A stretch of DNA of 64,000 nucleotides, from contig NC_135893.1 in NCBI RefSeq assembly GCF_964194155.1, forward strand, positions 22,506,001-22,570,000. Direction: 5' to 3'. A program made the translations under genes and the position numbers. Positions 48,900 through 61,336 of the stretch are shown in pieces; the stretch's first letter is position 1, and every line of letters starts with the position of its first letter. The stretch comes from Cetorhinus maximus (taxonomy: Eukaryota). The notes beneath the pieces were generated by a model. It saw only the letters and a list, made by a program, of their open reading frames with translations. It was not told where the DNA came from and ran no database searches.

Positions 48900-51800
48900 A
48901 AAATTGATTTACAGGATGTGTGCACCGCTGGCTGGGCCAGCATTTATTGACCATCTCTAATTGCCCTTGAGAAAGTGGTGGTGAGCCACCTTCTTGAACT
49001 GCTGCAGTGCCCTTGGTGTAGGTACACCCACAGTGCTGTTAGGGAGGGAGATCCAGGATTTTGACCCAGGGACAGTGAACGGCAATATATTCCCAAGTCA
49101 GGATGGTGAGTAGCTTGGAGGGGAACTTGCAGGTGGTGGTGTTCCCATGTGTCTGTTCACCTTGTCCTTCGAGATGATAGCGGTTGTGGGTTTGGAAGAT
49201 GTTGCCTAAGGAGCTTTGATGAGTTTCTGTAATGCACCTTGTAGATGCTGCCAGAGTGCGTCGGTGGTGGAGGGAGTGAATGTTTGTGGAAGGGGTGCCA
49301 ATCAAGTGGGCTGCTTTGTCCTAAATGGTGTCAAGCTTTTTGAGTGTTGTTGAAGCTGCACTCATCCAGGCAAGTGGAGAGCATTCCATCACACTCCTGA
49401 CTTGTGCCTTGTAGATGGTGGACAGGAGGTGAGTTACTTGCCGCATGATTCCTAGCCTCTGATCTGCTCTTGTTGCCACAGTATTTATATGGCTAGTCCA
49501 ATTCAGTTTCTGGTCAATGGCAACCTCCAGGATGTTGTTAGTGGGGGATTCAGCGATGGTAGTGCCATTGAATGTCAAGGGGCGATGGGTAGATTCTCTC
49601 TTGTTGGAGATGGTCATTGCCTGGCACTTGTGTGGCATGAACGTAACTTGCCACTTGTCAGCCCAAGCCTGGATATTGTCCAGGTCTTGTTACATTTGGA
49701 CATAGACTGCTTCAGTATCTGAGGAGTCGCGAATGGTGCTGAACATTGTGCAATCATCAGCGAACATCCTCACTTCTGACCTTATGATGGAAGGAAGGTC
49801 ATTGATGAAGCAGCTCAAGATGGTTGGGCCTAGGACACTACCCTGAGGAACTCCTGCAGTGATGTCCTGGAGCTGAGATGACTGACCTCCAATAACCATA
49901 ACCATCTTCCTTTATGCTAGATATGACTCCAACAGTGGAGAATTTTCTCCCAATTCCCATTGACTCCAGATTTGCTAGGGCTCCTTGACGCCACATTCTG
50001 TCAAATGCTGCCTTGATGTCAAGGGCAGTCACTCTCACCTCACTTCTGGAGTTCAGGTCTTTTGTCCATGTTTGAACTAAGGCTGTAATGAAGTCAGGAG
50101 CTGAGTGATCCTGGCAGGACCCAAACTGAGCGTCAGTGAGCAGGCACTGCTAAGCAAGTGCTGCTTGGTAGCACTGTTGATGACCCCTTCCATTACTTTA
50201 CTAATAATCGAGCGTAGACTGATGGGCCGTTAATCGGCTGGGTTGGAATTGTCCTGCTCTTTGTGTACAGGACATACCTGGGCAGTTTTCCACTTAGCCG
50301 GGTAGATGCCAGTGTTGTAGCTGTACTGGAACAGCTTGGCTAGGGGTACAGCAAGTTCTGGAGCACAAGTCTTCAGTACCACTTTCGGAATATTGCCAGG
50401 ATGCATAACCTTTGCAGTATCCAGTGCCTTCAGCTGTTTCTTGATATCATGTGGAGTGAACCAAAATGGCTGAAGACTGGCATCTGTGATGCTGTGGATC
50501 TCTGAAGAAGGCCAAGTTGGATCATCCATTCGGCACTTCTGGCTGAAGATTCTTGCAAATGCTTCAGCCTTATCTTTTGCACCGATGTGCTGGGCTCCTC
50601 CATCATTGAGGATGGGAATATTTGTGGAGCCTCCTCCTCCAGTGAGTTGTTTAATTGTCCACCACCATTCATGACTGGATGTGGCAGGACTGCAGCGCTT
50701 ACTTAGATCTGATCCGTTGGTTGTGGAATTGCTTAGCTCTGTCTATCACTTCCTGCTTATGCTGTTTGGCACACAAATAGCTCCGTCCAGTAGCTTCACC
50801 AGGTTGACACCTCAATTTTAGGTATGCCTGGTGCTGTTTCTGGCATGCCCTCTTGCACTCTTCATTGAACCAGGGTTGATTCTCTGGCTTGGTGGTTGTG
50901 GTAGAGTGGGAGATATGCCGGGCCATGAGGTTACAGATTGTGGTTGAGTACAGCTGTATTGCTGCTGATGGCCCACAGCGCCTCATGGATGCCCAGTCTT
51001 GCGTTGCTAAATCCGTTCGAAATCTATTCCATTTAGCATGGTGGTAGTGCCACACATAATGCACGGTATCCTTAATGTGAAGGCGGGACTTCATCTCTAC
51101 AAGGACTGTGCGGTGGTCATCCTACTTCTACTGTCATGGACAGATGCATCTGTGGCAGGTATGTTGATGAGGATGAGGTCATGTATGTTTTTCCCTCTTG
51201 TTGATTCCCTCACCACCTGCTGCAGACCCAGTCTAGCAGCAATGTCCTTTAGGACCCAGCTCAGTCTGTTGTGGTGCTTCCGAGCCACTCTTAGTGATGG
51301 ACATTGAAGTCCCCCGCACAGAGTACATTCTACGCCATTGTCACCCTCAGTGCTTCCTCCAAGCAGTGTTCAACATGGAGGAGCACTGATTCATCAGCTG
51401 AGGGAGGGCGGTACACGGTAATCAGCAGGAGGTTTGCTTCCCCATGTTTCACCTGATGCTATGAGACTTCATGGGGTCCGTAGTCAATGTTTCAGATTCC
51501 CAGGGCAACTCCCTCCCGACTATACCACTGTGCTACCACCTCTGCTGGGTCTGTCTTGCCGGTGGGATGGTGTCTAGGACATGATCTGTAGGGTCTGATT
51601 CCATGAGTATGACTATGTCAGACTGTTGCTTGGCTAGTCTGTGAGATAGCTCTCCCAATTTTGGCACAAGCCCCCAGATGTTACTAAGGAGGTCTTTGGC
51701 TGGGTTTGCCGTTGTCATTTCCGGTGCCTAGGTCAACGCCGAGTGGTCCATCCGGTTTCATTCCTTTTTATTGGCTTTTTAGCAGTTTGAAACAACTGAC

Positions 51801-52093
51801 TGGCTTGCTAGGCCATTTCAGAGGTCACCTAAGAGTCAACACCATTGTTGTAGATCTGGAGTCACATGTGAGGATGGCAGATTTCCTTCGCTAAAGGGCA
51901 TTAGTGAACCAGATGTGTTTTTACGACAATCGACAATGGTTTCATGGTCATGATTAGACTTTTAATTCCAGATTTTTATTGAAATCAAATTTCACCATCT
52001 GCTTTGGTAGAATTCAAACGTGGGTCCCCAGAGCACTATCCTGGGTCTCTGGAATACTAGTGCAGTGACAATACCACTATGCCACCACCTCCC
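48900..52093 (-). mobile_element. Near full-length decayed CR1/L2-group LINE (APE + RT) with a tRNA-like 5' head
   Basis: NIWGL..QSDIVILME (endonuclease), ALDIKAAFDRMW, GVPQGSVLGP, FADD, KLNWTSHI; family 3' tail at ~48910; A/B box-like motifs at 52010-52084. Confidence 0.9.
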
Positions 52094-52254
52094 ATTTTGT
52101 AAGGACTAAAGAAACAACTGGGTATGTGATAGTGGAGGAGGAGTTGGAAAACTTGTAGAAACATTGAAATCTCATTGTTTGCTCTTATGAAGTCTGGCCT
52201 GTTGATTGCAAATTCTGTCCCATCATGACTTCCTGTTGCTCTGTTTTTTATCAG

Positions 52255-52450
52255 ATATGGCCCAATAGGCCTGGTTCACATCGATGCACATACTGACACA
52301 GGTGATATTGTCCTCGGGGAGAAGATCTGTCATGGAACGCCATTCAGGCGCTGTGTGGAAGAAGGGCTACTTGACTGTAAACGCGTGGTACAGACCGGCC
52401 TCCGTGGTTCAACTTATGAACCAGATGGTTACCTTTGGGGCAGAGAACAG
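52255..52450 (+). CDS. AGMAT: AGMAT exon 4 (YGPIGLVHIDAHTDT...HGTPFRRC...GLRGS)
   Basis: tatcag acceptor and gtaagt donor; 196 nt; DAHxD motif. Confidence 0.97.
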
Positions 52451-53514
52451 GTAAGTTGCTTTTTTATTTTATTTTCTTCCCCTCTTTATGTTCCTTGCAT
52501 GGGCGATGGGTGGGACGAGGTGAACTGTGAGCTAGACTTGGCTAATCCTGAATTTCCCACACCTATTCTCCCCTTCTTTTGTCTTCTGAAGCCAACTAAG
52601 CCGCCCAGACTTACATTTCCGCAGGTATCACTGTCTGTTTGTGGACCTACACCTTAAGAGTCAGCAGACCATTTGACAGACATCATAGCTGAGCATCACC
52701 CTGTATTCAGGCAAAGTCCACAAACAAGGGTCGCTTGAAAGCAAACAGGAGCAAGATTCCAGGCTAACTTTCCTCCCTGTCCCTCATGCAGAGATACTTT
52801 GGCCAGTGGTAGTACTCCAATTGCCACCTGGCTGAGATCAGCTAACTAAACACACACCAAAGGTTGAACCTGAGACTCTCCTTGCCTGTACAATGAGTGT
52901 CTCACTGACTTAGACAGCTAGATAACTGAAGAAGACTAATATTGATCTGTAACTACATAAACGTGTATTTATATAGTGCCTTTAACATAGTAATCTATGG
53001 CACTTCACAGGAGCATTTTCAAACTAAACACCAAGCCACATGGTTGAGAAGAGTGGCACTGTATTCTCCAGAGTTTAGAAGAGTGAGAGGTAATATCATT
53101 GAAACTTCTTTAGGGGCTGGACAGGGTAGATGCAGAGAGGATGTTTCCCTTGGCTGGGGGGTCTAGAACCAGGGGACACAGTCTCCGAATAAAGGGCAAG
53201 CCATTCAGCACTGAGATGAGGAGGAATTTCAGAGAGTGGTAAATCTTTGGAATTCTCTACCCCAGGGGGCTGTGGAAGCTTAGTCATTGAGTATGTTCGA
53301 GACAGAGATTTCTAGGTACTAATGACATCAAAGGATATGGGGATAGTGTAGGAAAATGGCATTGAGGTAGGCAATCAGCCATGATCTAGCTGAATGGTGG
53401 AGCAGACTCGAGGGGCTGAATACCCTACACCTGCTCCTATGTTCCTATGAGAAGCTGTTAGAACAGGTGACTAAAAGCCTGGTCAAAGTGATAAGTTTTA
53501 AGGAGCATCTTAAA

Positions 53515-53539
<25 letters not shown>
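53515..53539. repeat. (GA)n microsatellite
   Basis: Directly visible in the sequence. Confidence 0.9.
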
Positions 53540-53547
<8 letters not shown>

Positions 53548-54383
53548 TTTAGGGGAAAAATTCTAGAGCTTAGGATCTTAGGAAACTGAAACTATCCCCA
53601 TTGTGAATGGGAGCAGCTGAGGGTGAAGCTCTATCTTTGTGAGAAAGCACAAGATCTCTTTAATTCACCTGCACAACGTTTCCTCTATATGTTCTCGTCT
53701 CATCGAAAGGAAATTCATGATGTCAGCAAACTATGAGCACTGATTCCCAGTTTACAACCATACCACTGGGGTAACACAACTCCAGCTCAACATACCAGTA
53801 AAGTCCAGATGCATTTGTTTGAAAATTGGTCAGTCAATCTCTGCTATTAATTCTGCATATTCACACCCTTAGGAGGACTGAATATCTCAGTGCTGTGTAT
53901 GAACACAAAGCCCATGTAGTATGCATGGCTGACTGAATTGAGAAGGTGGAAAGCTAAGGGTCCCTGTTTCTATTATAGACTGTTGTCATTCTTGCATTGC
54001 AATAATCAGCGGACAGGTGATTTTGTGATTCTTTTAATAATCTATACACACTGCAATGTAGGTGTGATGCTAAAGTATATCTTCAGTTTTTTTTAAAAAG
54101 CACATAATTGTACAGGAATCGGTAACAACTAATTTCTCTTGTGCACAATGCATCATTGATCCAGTGAGGTAAGTGGCATTGAGGGATACAGTGAGAAAAT
54201 GGGTTTGAGGTGCAAACTTGAATCAACCTGATAGTACCTCTTCTTCTTCCTATCTTACGTTCTGAAAGCTGGATCTTTGATTCCCTTAATATTTGTAGTC
54301 AGTTCCTTCAAACTGATGATCTGTAATTACTTGAGTAAATCTTTCATCGTTGATGCTTTTCATCCTGTGTTTTATTATTTCAG

Positions 54384-54563
54384 GGTTTTCGAGTGGTTAG
54401 TGGACAGGATTGTTGGCTACGTTCCCTTGCTCCACTTATGAAGGAGGTGAGGCAGCAAATGGGGGTTGGTCCTGTGTACATTAGCTTTGATATCGATGGC
54501 CTGGATCCAGCCTTTGCTCCTGGTACTGGAACCCCAGAGATCGCTGGTCTTCAACCCAGTCAG
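54384..54563 (+). CDS. AGMAT: AGMAT exon 5 ([21 protein letters not shown])
   Basis: tttcag acceptor and gtaaat donor; 180 nt; ureohydrolase SxDxDxxDP signature. Confidence 0.97.
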
Positions 54564-55077
54564 GTAAATGAGCAGAATAAATAGTATCCCACTACATAGA
54601 AATACAAATGGAGTATCTGCCAAAGCTTCACAGCAGAGAAGGGGTGATACAAGCCTTTAGCACTTGTTCAAGGCATCTGTGAATTCTACAATCACAGGGT
54701 GCTTCTGATTAAAAGTGCGTATGCAACTCTAATACATCATTTCAATCCAGCTAATGTGCTAATCTTATGTTTTAGAGGCTCAAGGAGTAGAGGACCAATT
54801 TACAGTGGACAAAAATTACTGTTCAGGGACAGATTAATATCGAGACAGAGAATAGCAGGGAGAGAGAAAGGAGAGTAGCAGAGACACAGGGAGAAAGGAG
54901 AGTAACAAGCCCAGGGACTATCAAAGCAAAACAGAAAGGGAAGCATAATGGAGATGTGAGCATTGAGTAACCAAGGCATGGAGTAACAGAGAGTAAAGAG
55001 AGAACATAACAGAAAAATAGAGAGATAAAGATGAGCAACAAAGATAAAGAGTAACAGAGAAAAACACAGGGAAAACT

Positions 55078-56165
55078 AAGATAAAAGTAAAAAAACTGCG
55101 GATGCTGGAAATCCAAAACAAAAATAAAAATAAAAATACCTGGAAAAACTCAACAGGTCTGGCAGCATCTGCGGAGAGGAACACAGTTCACGTTTCGAGT
55201 CCGTATGACTCTTCAACAGAACTAAGTAAAAATAGAAGAGAGGTGAAATATAAGCTGGTTTAGCCGGGGGGGGGGGGGTGGGTCAAGTAGAGCTGGATAG
55301 AGGGCCAGTGATAGGTGGAGATAGCCAAAAGATGTCATAGACAAAAGGACAAAAAGGTGTTGAAGGTGGTGATATTATCTAAGGAATGTTCTAATTAAGG
55401 GTAGAAAGCAGGACAAGCAAGGTACAGATAGCCCTAGTGGGGGTGGGGTGAAGGAATCGAAATAGGCTAAAAGGTAGAGATAAAACAATGGAAAAATCTA
55501 TATAAATTATTGGGGAAAAAAGGGGGGATCGGAAAGGGGGTGGGGATGGAGGAGAGAGTTCATGATCTAAAATTGTTGAACTCAATATTTAGTCCGGAAG
55601 GCGGTAAAGTGCCTAGTCGGAAGATGAGGTGCTGTTCCTCCAGTTTGTGTTGAGCTTCACTGGAACAATGCAGCAGGCCAAGGACAGACATGTGGGCGTG
55701 AGAGCAGGGTGGAGTGTTAAAATGGCAAGCGGCAGGGAGGTCTGGGTCATGCTTGCGGACAGACTGAAGGTGTTCTGCAAAGCGGTCACCCAGTTTGCGT
55801 TTGGTCTCTCCAATGTAGAGGAAACTGCATTGGGAGCAACGAATGCAGTAGACTAAGTTAGGGGAAATGCAAGTGAAATGCTGCTTCACTTGAAAGGAGT
55901 GTTTGGGCCCTTGGACGGTGAGGAGAGGGGAAGTAAAGGGGCAGGTGTTGCACCTTCTGCGGTTGCATGGAAAGGTGCCGTGGGAGGGGGTTGAGGTGTA
56001 GGGGGTGATGGAGGAGTGGACCAGGGTGTCCCGGAGGGAACAAGCCCTGCGGAATGCCGCCAAGGGGGGTGAAGGGAAGATGTGTTTGGTGGTGGCATCA
56101 TGCTGGAGTTGGCGGAAATGGCGGAGGATGATCCTTTGAATGCGGAGGCTGGTGGGGTGATAAGA
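55078..56165 (-). mobile_element. Penelope-like retroelement 3' part with a GIY-YIG endonuclease ORF
   Basis: ORF 55560-56189: CNRRRCNTC..NLVYCIRCSQC..YIGETKRKLGDRFAEH..EQHLIFRLGTL.PSGLN. Confidence 0.92.
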
Positions 56166-56629
56166 ACTAATTCTGTTGACTTCATACAAATGAGATTATG
56201 CTCTTGTCTTGACAATGTTAAGATTAATGAATCAGATAAGTGAAATCTATCTGAATATAGTTGGGATTCCCCTATGTTGTGCCCCAGCCCATAAATCAAT
56301 AATTAGAATTCAGAATGCACCAATCTCATTTCAGAATATTATGACCATTTTTCTGCAGAAAGAATTTGAAAGTAAGTTAATATATTTATTTTAAGCAATT
56401 GTATTGTCACAAAATTTTTTTAAAATCCCAAAGGGTGGTATATATGTTAATTGAAAGTTTCTTCCTGAGACTCATCTATTTTTAGCAGACACTGGGAAAA
56501 CTTCCAGCTCCTCTTCTAATGTTACAGGACCTTTTATTTGAACAGGCAGATGGGCTTTTGGTATAAATCCCTTCTGAAAGACAGCAAATATGGTGGTGTG
56601 CTACCAGAGTTTATATGCAAAACTCCTAG

Positions 56630-58518
56630 GGGGCTAAATTGGATAGCCCTCAAAAATGGTTACAAGGATTGCAATGCCATCATTGTTGCTGGAGCAGGTG
56701 CTGGGACTCATGGTTGTGGAGAATCCAACTTGGGAAAGAGTGAGGAATGGCACAACAGGAGAGAGACAGGGCTCCAAGGTTTTCAGATGCTGAATTGGAG
56801 GTCTTGGTGGTGGAGGAGGAGCAAAGGAGGAAAGACATCCTCTATTCACATGGGGGTGAGCAAGCCCTCCAGAAGCATGGTCAAAAAGCAGTGGGAGCAG
56901 ATGGCCACGGAGGTCAATGTCAGGAGTCAAACCCTGGGGACCTGGATGCTGTGCCACAGCAAGTTCAATGACCTAACATGAATAGTCAAGGTCAGCGAAT
57001 ACATCTTCAAATGCTATATCTTACCACCTGCAGCACCAGTCTCAGACACTTCTTATTTCAGCACAGACCCATCACTCAGCTAATAATAATCTCTTAGCAA
57101 CCTGGCTTCATACCTAACATTTGTATTTGTACATAACACTGCTGCAAGCCTCACATCTTGCAGGTTGGACAGCTATTCAATAATGACAGCCACATCAATC
57201 AAACAGATTGCATGACGCTCACTGACACAGTTCCCTCTCTCTTGCAGGACAAGGTGGTGCACAACTGCAGGTAGCAGGAGCTAACTGGAGGGGGCAGATG
57301 GGCTTGCATGTCCTAACCCCCATGGATGTGAAGGTGCTGGCCATTATTGTGACACCCATTGCTGAAGCCGTGGCCAGTGGTGGGGCTGAAACTATCAAGG
57401 ATGGCGGTACCCTCATACTTAGTCCTACTTCTCACAACCCACTTCCCAGACTCTCTTCTGATTTACAAACTACAAAGTAAGTGTGCACCTCTTACTTTCC
57501 CCCCCATTTACCCCGCAACAAAACCTTATCCCTGTGTCTTTTTCCTTTCAGACACCCGAGGTGCAACCTGGCCAGGCAGTGGAGGAATACCAAGAGTAAT
57601 GATAAAGACACAACACGATCAGTTGATTTAACACTCATAGCCACCCGCTCATATGCTGGCACTGCACATATTTTAGAGGATAGATTAGAGGCAGAATTTG
57701 CATGTGGTGAAATACTGGGCATGAATGGGCTGCAGCCAGGCAAGATAGTGCAGCTGCTAGCTCCCAGGAGGGCAATGTCACACATGGGTTCCACTGCAGA
57801 GAACTCAGGTGAGGGCCTTGATGGGTCTGCACAATAAAATGCCTCATGTATTGGGAAGCCTGTCAAAGCCTGTGGTCAATATGAAGAAGCATGGAGGAGT
57901 CCAGCACCAACTTGGTACAAGGCTTTACACAGAGCTTGAAGTCCATCCCCTCCATCATGGAAGTTTGCACAAGTGAATCCAACAACAATGCAGTGTTTGG
58001 TAATCAATGTCGCAGCTTTCGCTACAACACAAGCAGTAGCCACCCAATGTCTGAGTGCTGCAGTGTAAGCTCGCAAGCTCAGGCTGCTGCCAACAGTTCT
58101 GTGAACTACAGTATGCCAAGGGACTTGCATGGGTGCCACAGAAATCCAGCAATCTGTCCTCCAGTACATTACTAGGACTGCTGAGACACCATTCTGGGGG
58201 AGTGGCAGTGGCTCCTTGAACACAAATCTGCTGTTCACTCCACTAGATACCTTGCTGTTGCCTGTGAGCTACCCATCTAGATTGCTACTGTTGATAATGT
58301 GATGGTGCAGTTTGCAACTGGGCCTCTGAGGCTCAAAGCTGCTGCAAGGTCATCTGCAGTCTCCTTCACTGAAAGTTAGAAGCCTTCACCTGCCAGGGTG
58401 GGTGGCACTGCCTAGGAGCACTAGGACAGGTAAAGACATGTTGAAGATAAGCACTAAGGGAATGCACAAGGGTGATTAATTAATTTTTGTATGGAATATG
58501 GCATAGTTTGATTTATAA
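56630..58518 (+). mobile_element. Second Harbinger-family remnant with a Myb/SANT-like (NAIF1-type) gene fragment, interrupted by a LINE
   Basis: MAQQERDRAPRFSDAELEVLV..., QWEQMATEVN...CHSKFNDL, DKVVHN...TGGG. Confidence 0.75.
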
Positions 58519-59970
58519 AGCTGTTCCAGTACAGCTACAACACTGGTATCTACCTGGCAATGTGGAAAATTGCCCAGGTGTTTCCTGTACACAAAAAGGA
58601 CAAATCTAACCCAGCCATTTACCGCCCCATCAGTCTACTCTCGATTATCAGTAAAGTGATGGAAGGGGTCATCAGTACTATCAAGCGTCACTTGCTTAGC
58701 AATAACCTGCTCCCTGTCGCTCAGTTTGGGTTCCGCCAGGGCCACTTAGCTCCTGACCTCCTTACAGCCTTAGTTCAAACATGGACAAAAGAGCTGAACT
58801 CCTGAGGTGAGGTGGGAGTGGCTGCCCTTGGCATCAAGGTAGCATTTGACCGTGTGTGGCATCAAGGATTCCTAGCATGGGAATCGGGGGAAAACTATCC
58901 AATGGTTGGAGTCATACCTAGCACAAAGGAAGATGGTTGTGGTTGTTGGAGGTCAATCATCTCAGTTCCAGGACATTACTGCAGGAGTTCCTCAGGGTAG
59001 TGTCCTCGGCCCAACCATCTTCAGCTGCTTCATCAATGACCTTCCTTCCATCGTCATGTCAGAAGTGGGAATGTTCGCTGATGATTGCACAATGTTCAGC
59101 ACTATTCACGACTCCTCAGATACTGAAGCAGTCCATGTCCAAATGCAGCAAGACCTGGACAATATCCAGGCTTGGGCTGACAAGTGGCAAGTAATATTTG
59201 CGCCACGCAGGTGCCAGGCAATGACCATCTCCAATGAGAGAGAATCTAGCCATCGCCCCTTGATATTCAATAGCATTACCATCACTGAATCCCCCACTAT
59301 CAACATCCTGGTCACCATTAACCAGAAACTAAATTGGGACTTTCCATATAAATACTGTGGCTACAAGAAAAGGTCAGAGGCTAGGAATCCTGCAGCGACT
59401 AGCTCACCTCCTGACACCCCAAAGCCTGTTCACCATCTGCAAGGCACAAGTCAGGAGCGTGATAGAATACTCTCCACTTCCCTGTGTGAGTGGCAGCTCC
59501 CACAACACTCAAGAAGCTCAACACCATCCAGGACAAAGCAGCCCGCTTAATTGGCACCCCATCCACAAACATTCATTCCCTCCACCACCGATGCACAGTG
59601 GCAGCAGTGTGTACCATCTATAAGATACACTGCACAAACTCACCAAGGCTCTTTAGACCGCACCTTCCAAACCCATGACCATTACCATCTAGAAGGGCAA
59701 GGGCAGCAGACACATGTGAACACCACCACCTGGAAATTCCCCTCCAAGCAACTCACCATTCTGACTTGGAAATATATTGCCATTCTTTCAATGTCGCTGG
59801 GTGAAAAACCTGGAACTCCTTCCTAATAGCACTGTGGGAGTACCTACACCACATGGACTGTAGCAGTTCAAGAAGGCAGCTCACCATCACCTTCTCATGG
59901 GCAATAGGCTTGGGCAATAAATATGTTGGCCTAGCCAGCGACACACACATCCCATGGATGAATGTTTAAA
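58519..59970 (+). mobile_element. 5'-truncated copy of the same LINE family (RT domain to 3' tail)
   Basis: YRPISLLSIISKVME, QFGFRQG, GVPQGSVLGP, FADD; tail cacatcccatggatgaatg followed by an A-run. Confidence 0.92.
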
Positions 59971-60624
59971 AAAAATTGGTTTGGAACTTTCATTTTGTGG
60001 TGGCTTTTATTTTTTGCATTGTGACCAAGCAGATGCAGCACCTGCCACCCCAATCTCTTGCAACTTGAAACAACATTAGAAAACATCAAACCCCATTGAT
60101 TAGTAGCAACAATCATAAGAAATCGACCAGAAACTAAACTGCAAGTGTTTGATGATCTCTTTAAAATAGCTCTGCTGTTGGGCTGGGTGCTGGGGGGGCT
60201 GTCCTTCCTGCCGTGAATGCGTGTTCAGTTGTGTGAGGTTAAGAGAACGCATTGGCTAGAGCATTGAGCTCCAAAAAGCACCATTGATGTCAAATCAGCG
60301 TTGCATGCTGATTGACATCATGATCTGCCTGCTCTGGATACCTCCAGTGCACATGAATCACAGATGCCATTTTGGAGCTCTAGGGATACCAGTGAGCCTA
60401 ATTAATTCTTTCCCTTACATGTGACTTACAGGTGAGAGTACTACCATTAACTGGGCTGACACTCAAACCAATCGTGTGATGTTCACATTATGGGAAAGGT
60501 TTGAGGGAATGGAATTCAACAATATATGGTACTAAAAAAGCAAAATTTTGGATGTTCAAATTATTCTTGATAAATCATGCAATATAACAAGGAATTGAAA
60601 AATTGCCATTTGTACGTTCACCAG

Positions 60625-60709
60625 GCTTTGGAAATCATACGAGGTTGTCAGGGAATGAAAATAATCGGCTGCGACTTGGTTGAGGTTTCACCACCATACG
60701 ATACTTCTG
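60625..60709 (+). CDS. AGMAT: AGMAT exon 6 (ALEIIRGCQGMKIIGCDLVEVSPPYDTS)
   Basis: ccag acceptor and gtaaga donor; 85 nt. Confidence 0.96.
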
Positions 60710-61262
60710 GTAAGAAAGTAATGAAACTAAAATGTTGCATGATTGTAACTGAGGGTTTCTATCAACCGCCACAAACTAGTAGGTGTCAATAACTGCTTGA
60801 CTGATTTGGTAATACTGTCAGCACCAAATCAGAATATTGTAGTCTCAAGCTCCACTCCAAGACTTGAGCACGTAATCTAGGCTGGCACTCCATTGTGCGT
60901 TGTTGGAGGAGTTGCTCTTTGAGCAAAGCACTGTTGGGCAGTATGGGTGAATGTATAAATTTGGTAAATCCTGTGCACAAATTTCCTGTGAATTAAAAGT
61001 AATAAGTGGAAAATTGTGGGTGGTATGCCATGGAATTCCTGATATGTGGGGCATACCGGCAAGGCTTTACCGAATTTTCCCAGTTAGTACTATCTGACAT
61101 ACGCAGCTGAGGATAATAAATATTAACATGATAGTGCCCCCATTACCAGTCGTTATGCTGATATATATTAACACTAATTAATACTGCATAAAAGGAAAGT
61201 CTGAGGGGAAAATGAGTCAATGTCAGTTTATTTCAACAAGTTCACAAGTCTGTTTCTTTCAG

Positions 61263-61336
61263 GTAACACGGCACTGACAGCTGCCAACCTGCTCTTCGAG
61301 ATGCTCTGTGTTCTGCCCAATGTTAAGTATTATTGA
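61263..61336 (+). CDS. AGMAT: AGMAT exon 7 (GNTALTAANLLFEMLCVLPNVKYY*)
   Basis: tttctttcag acceptor; 74 nt; TGA stop; AATAAA at 61754-61759. Confidence 0.95.
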
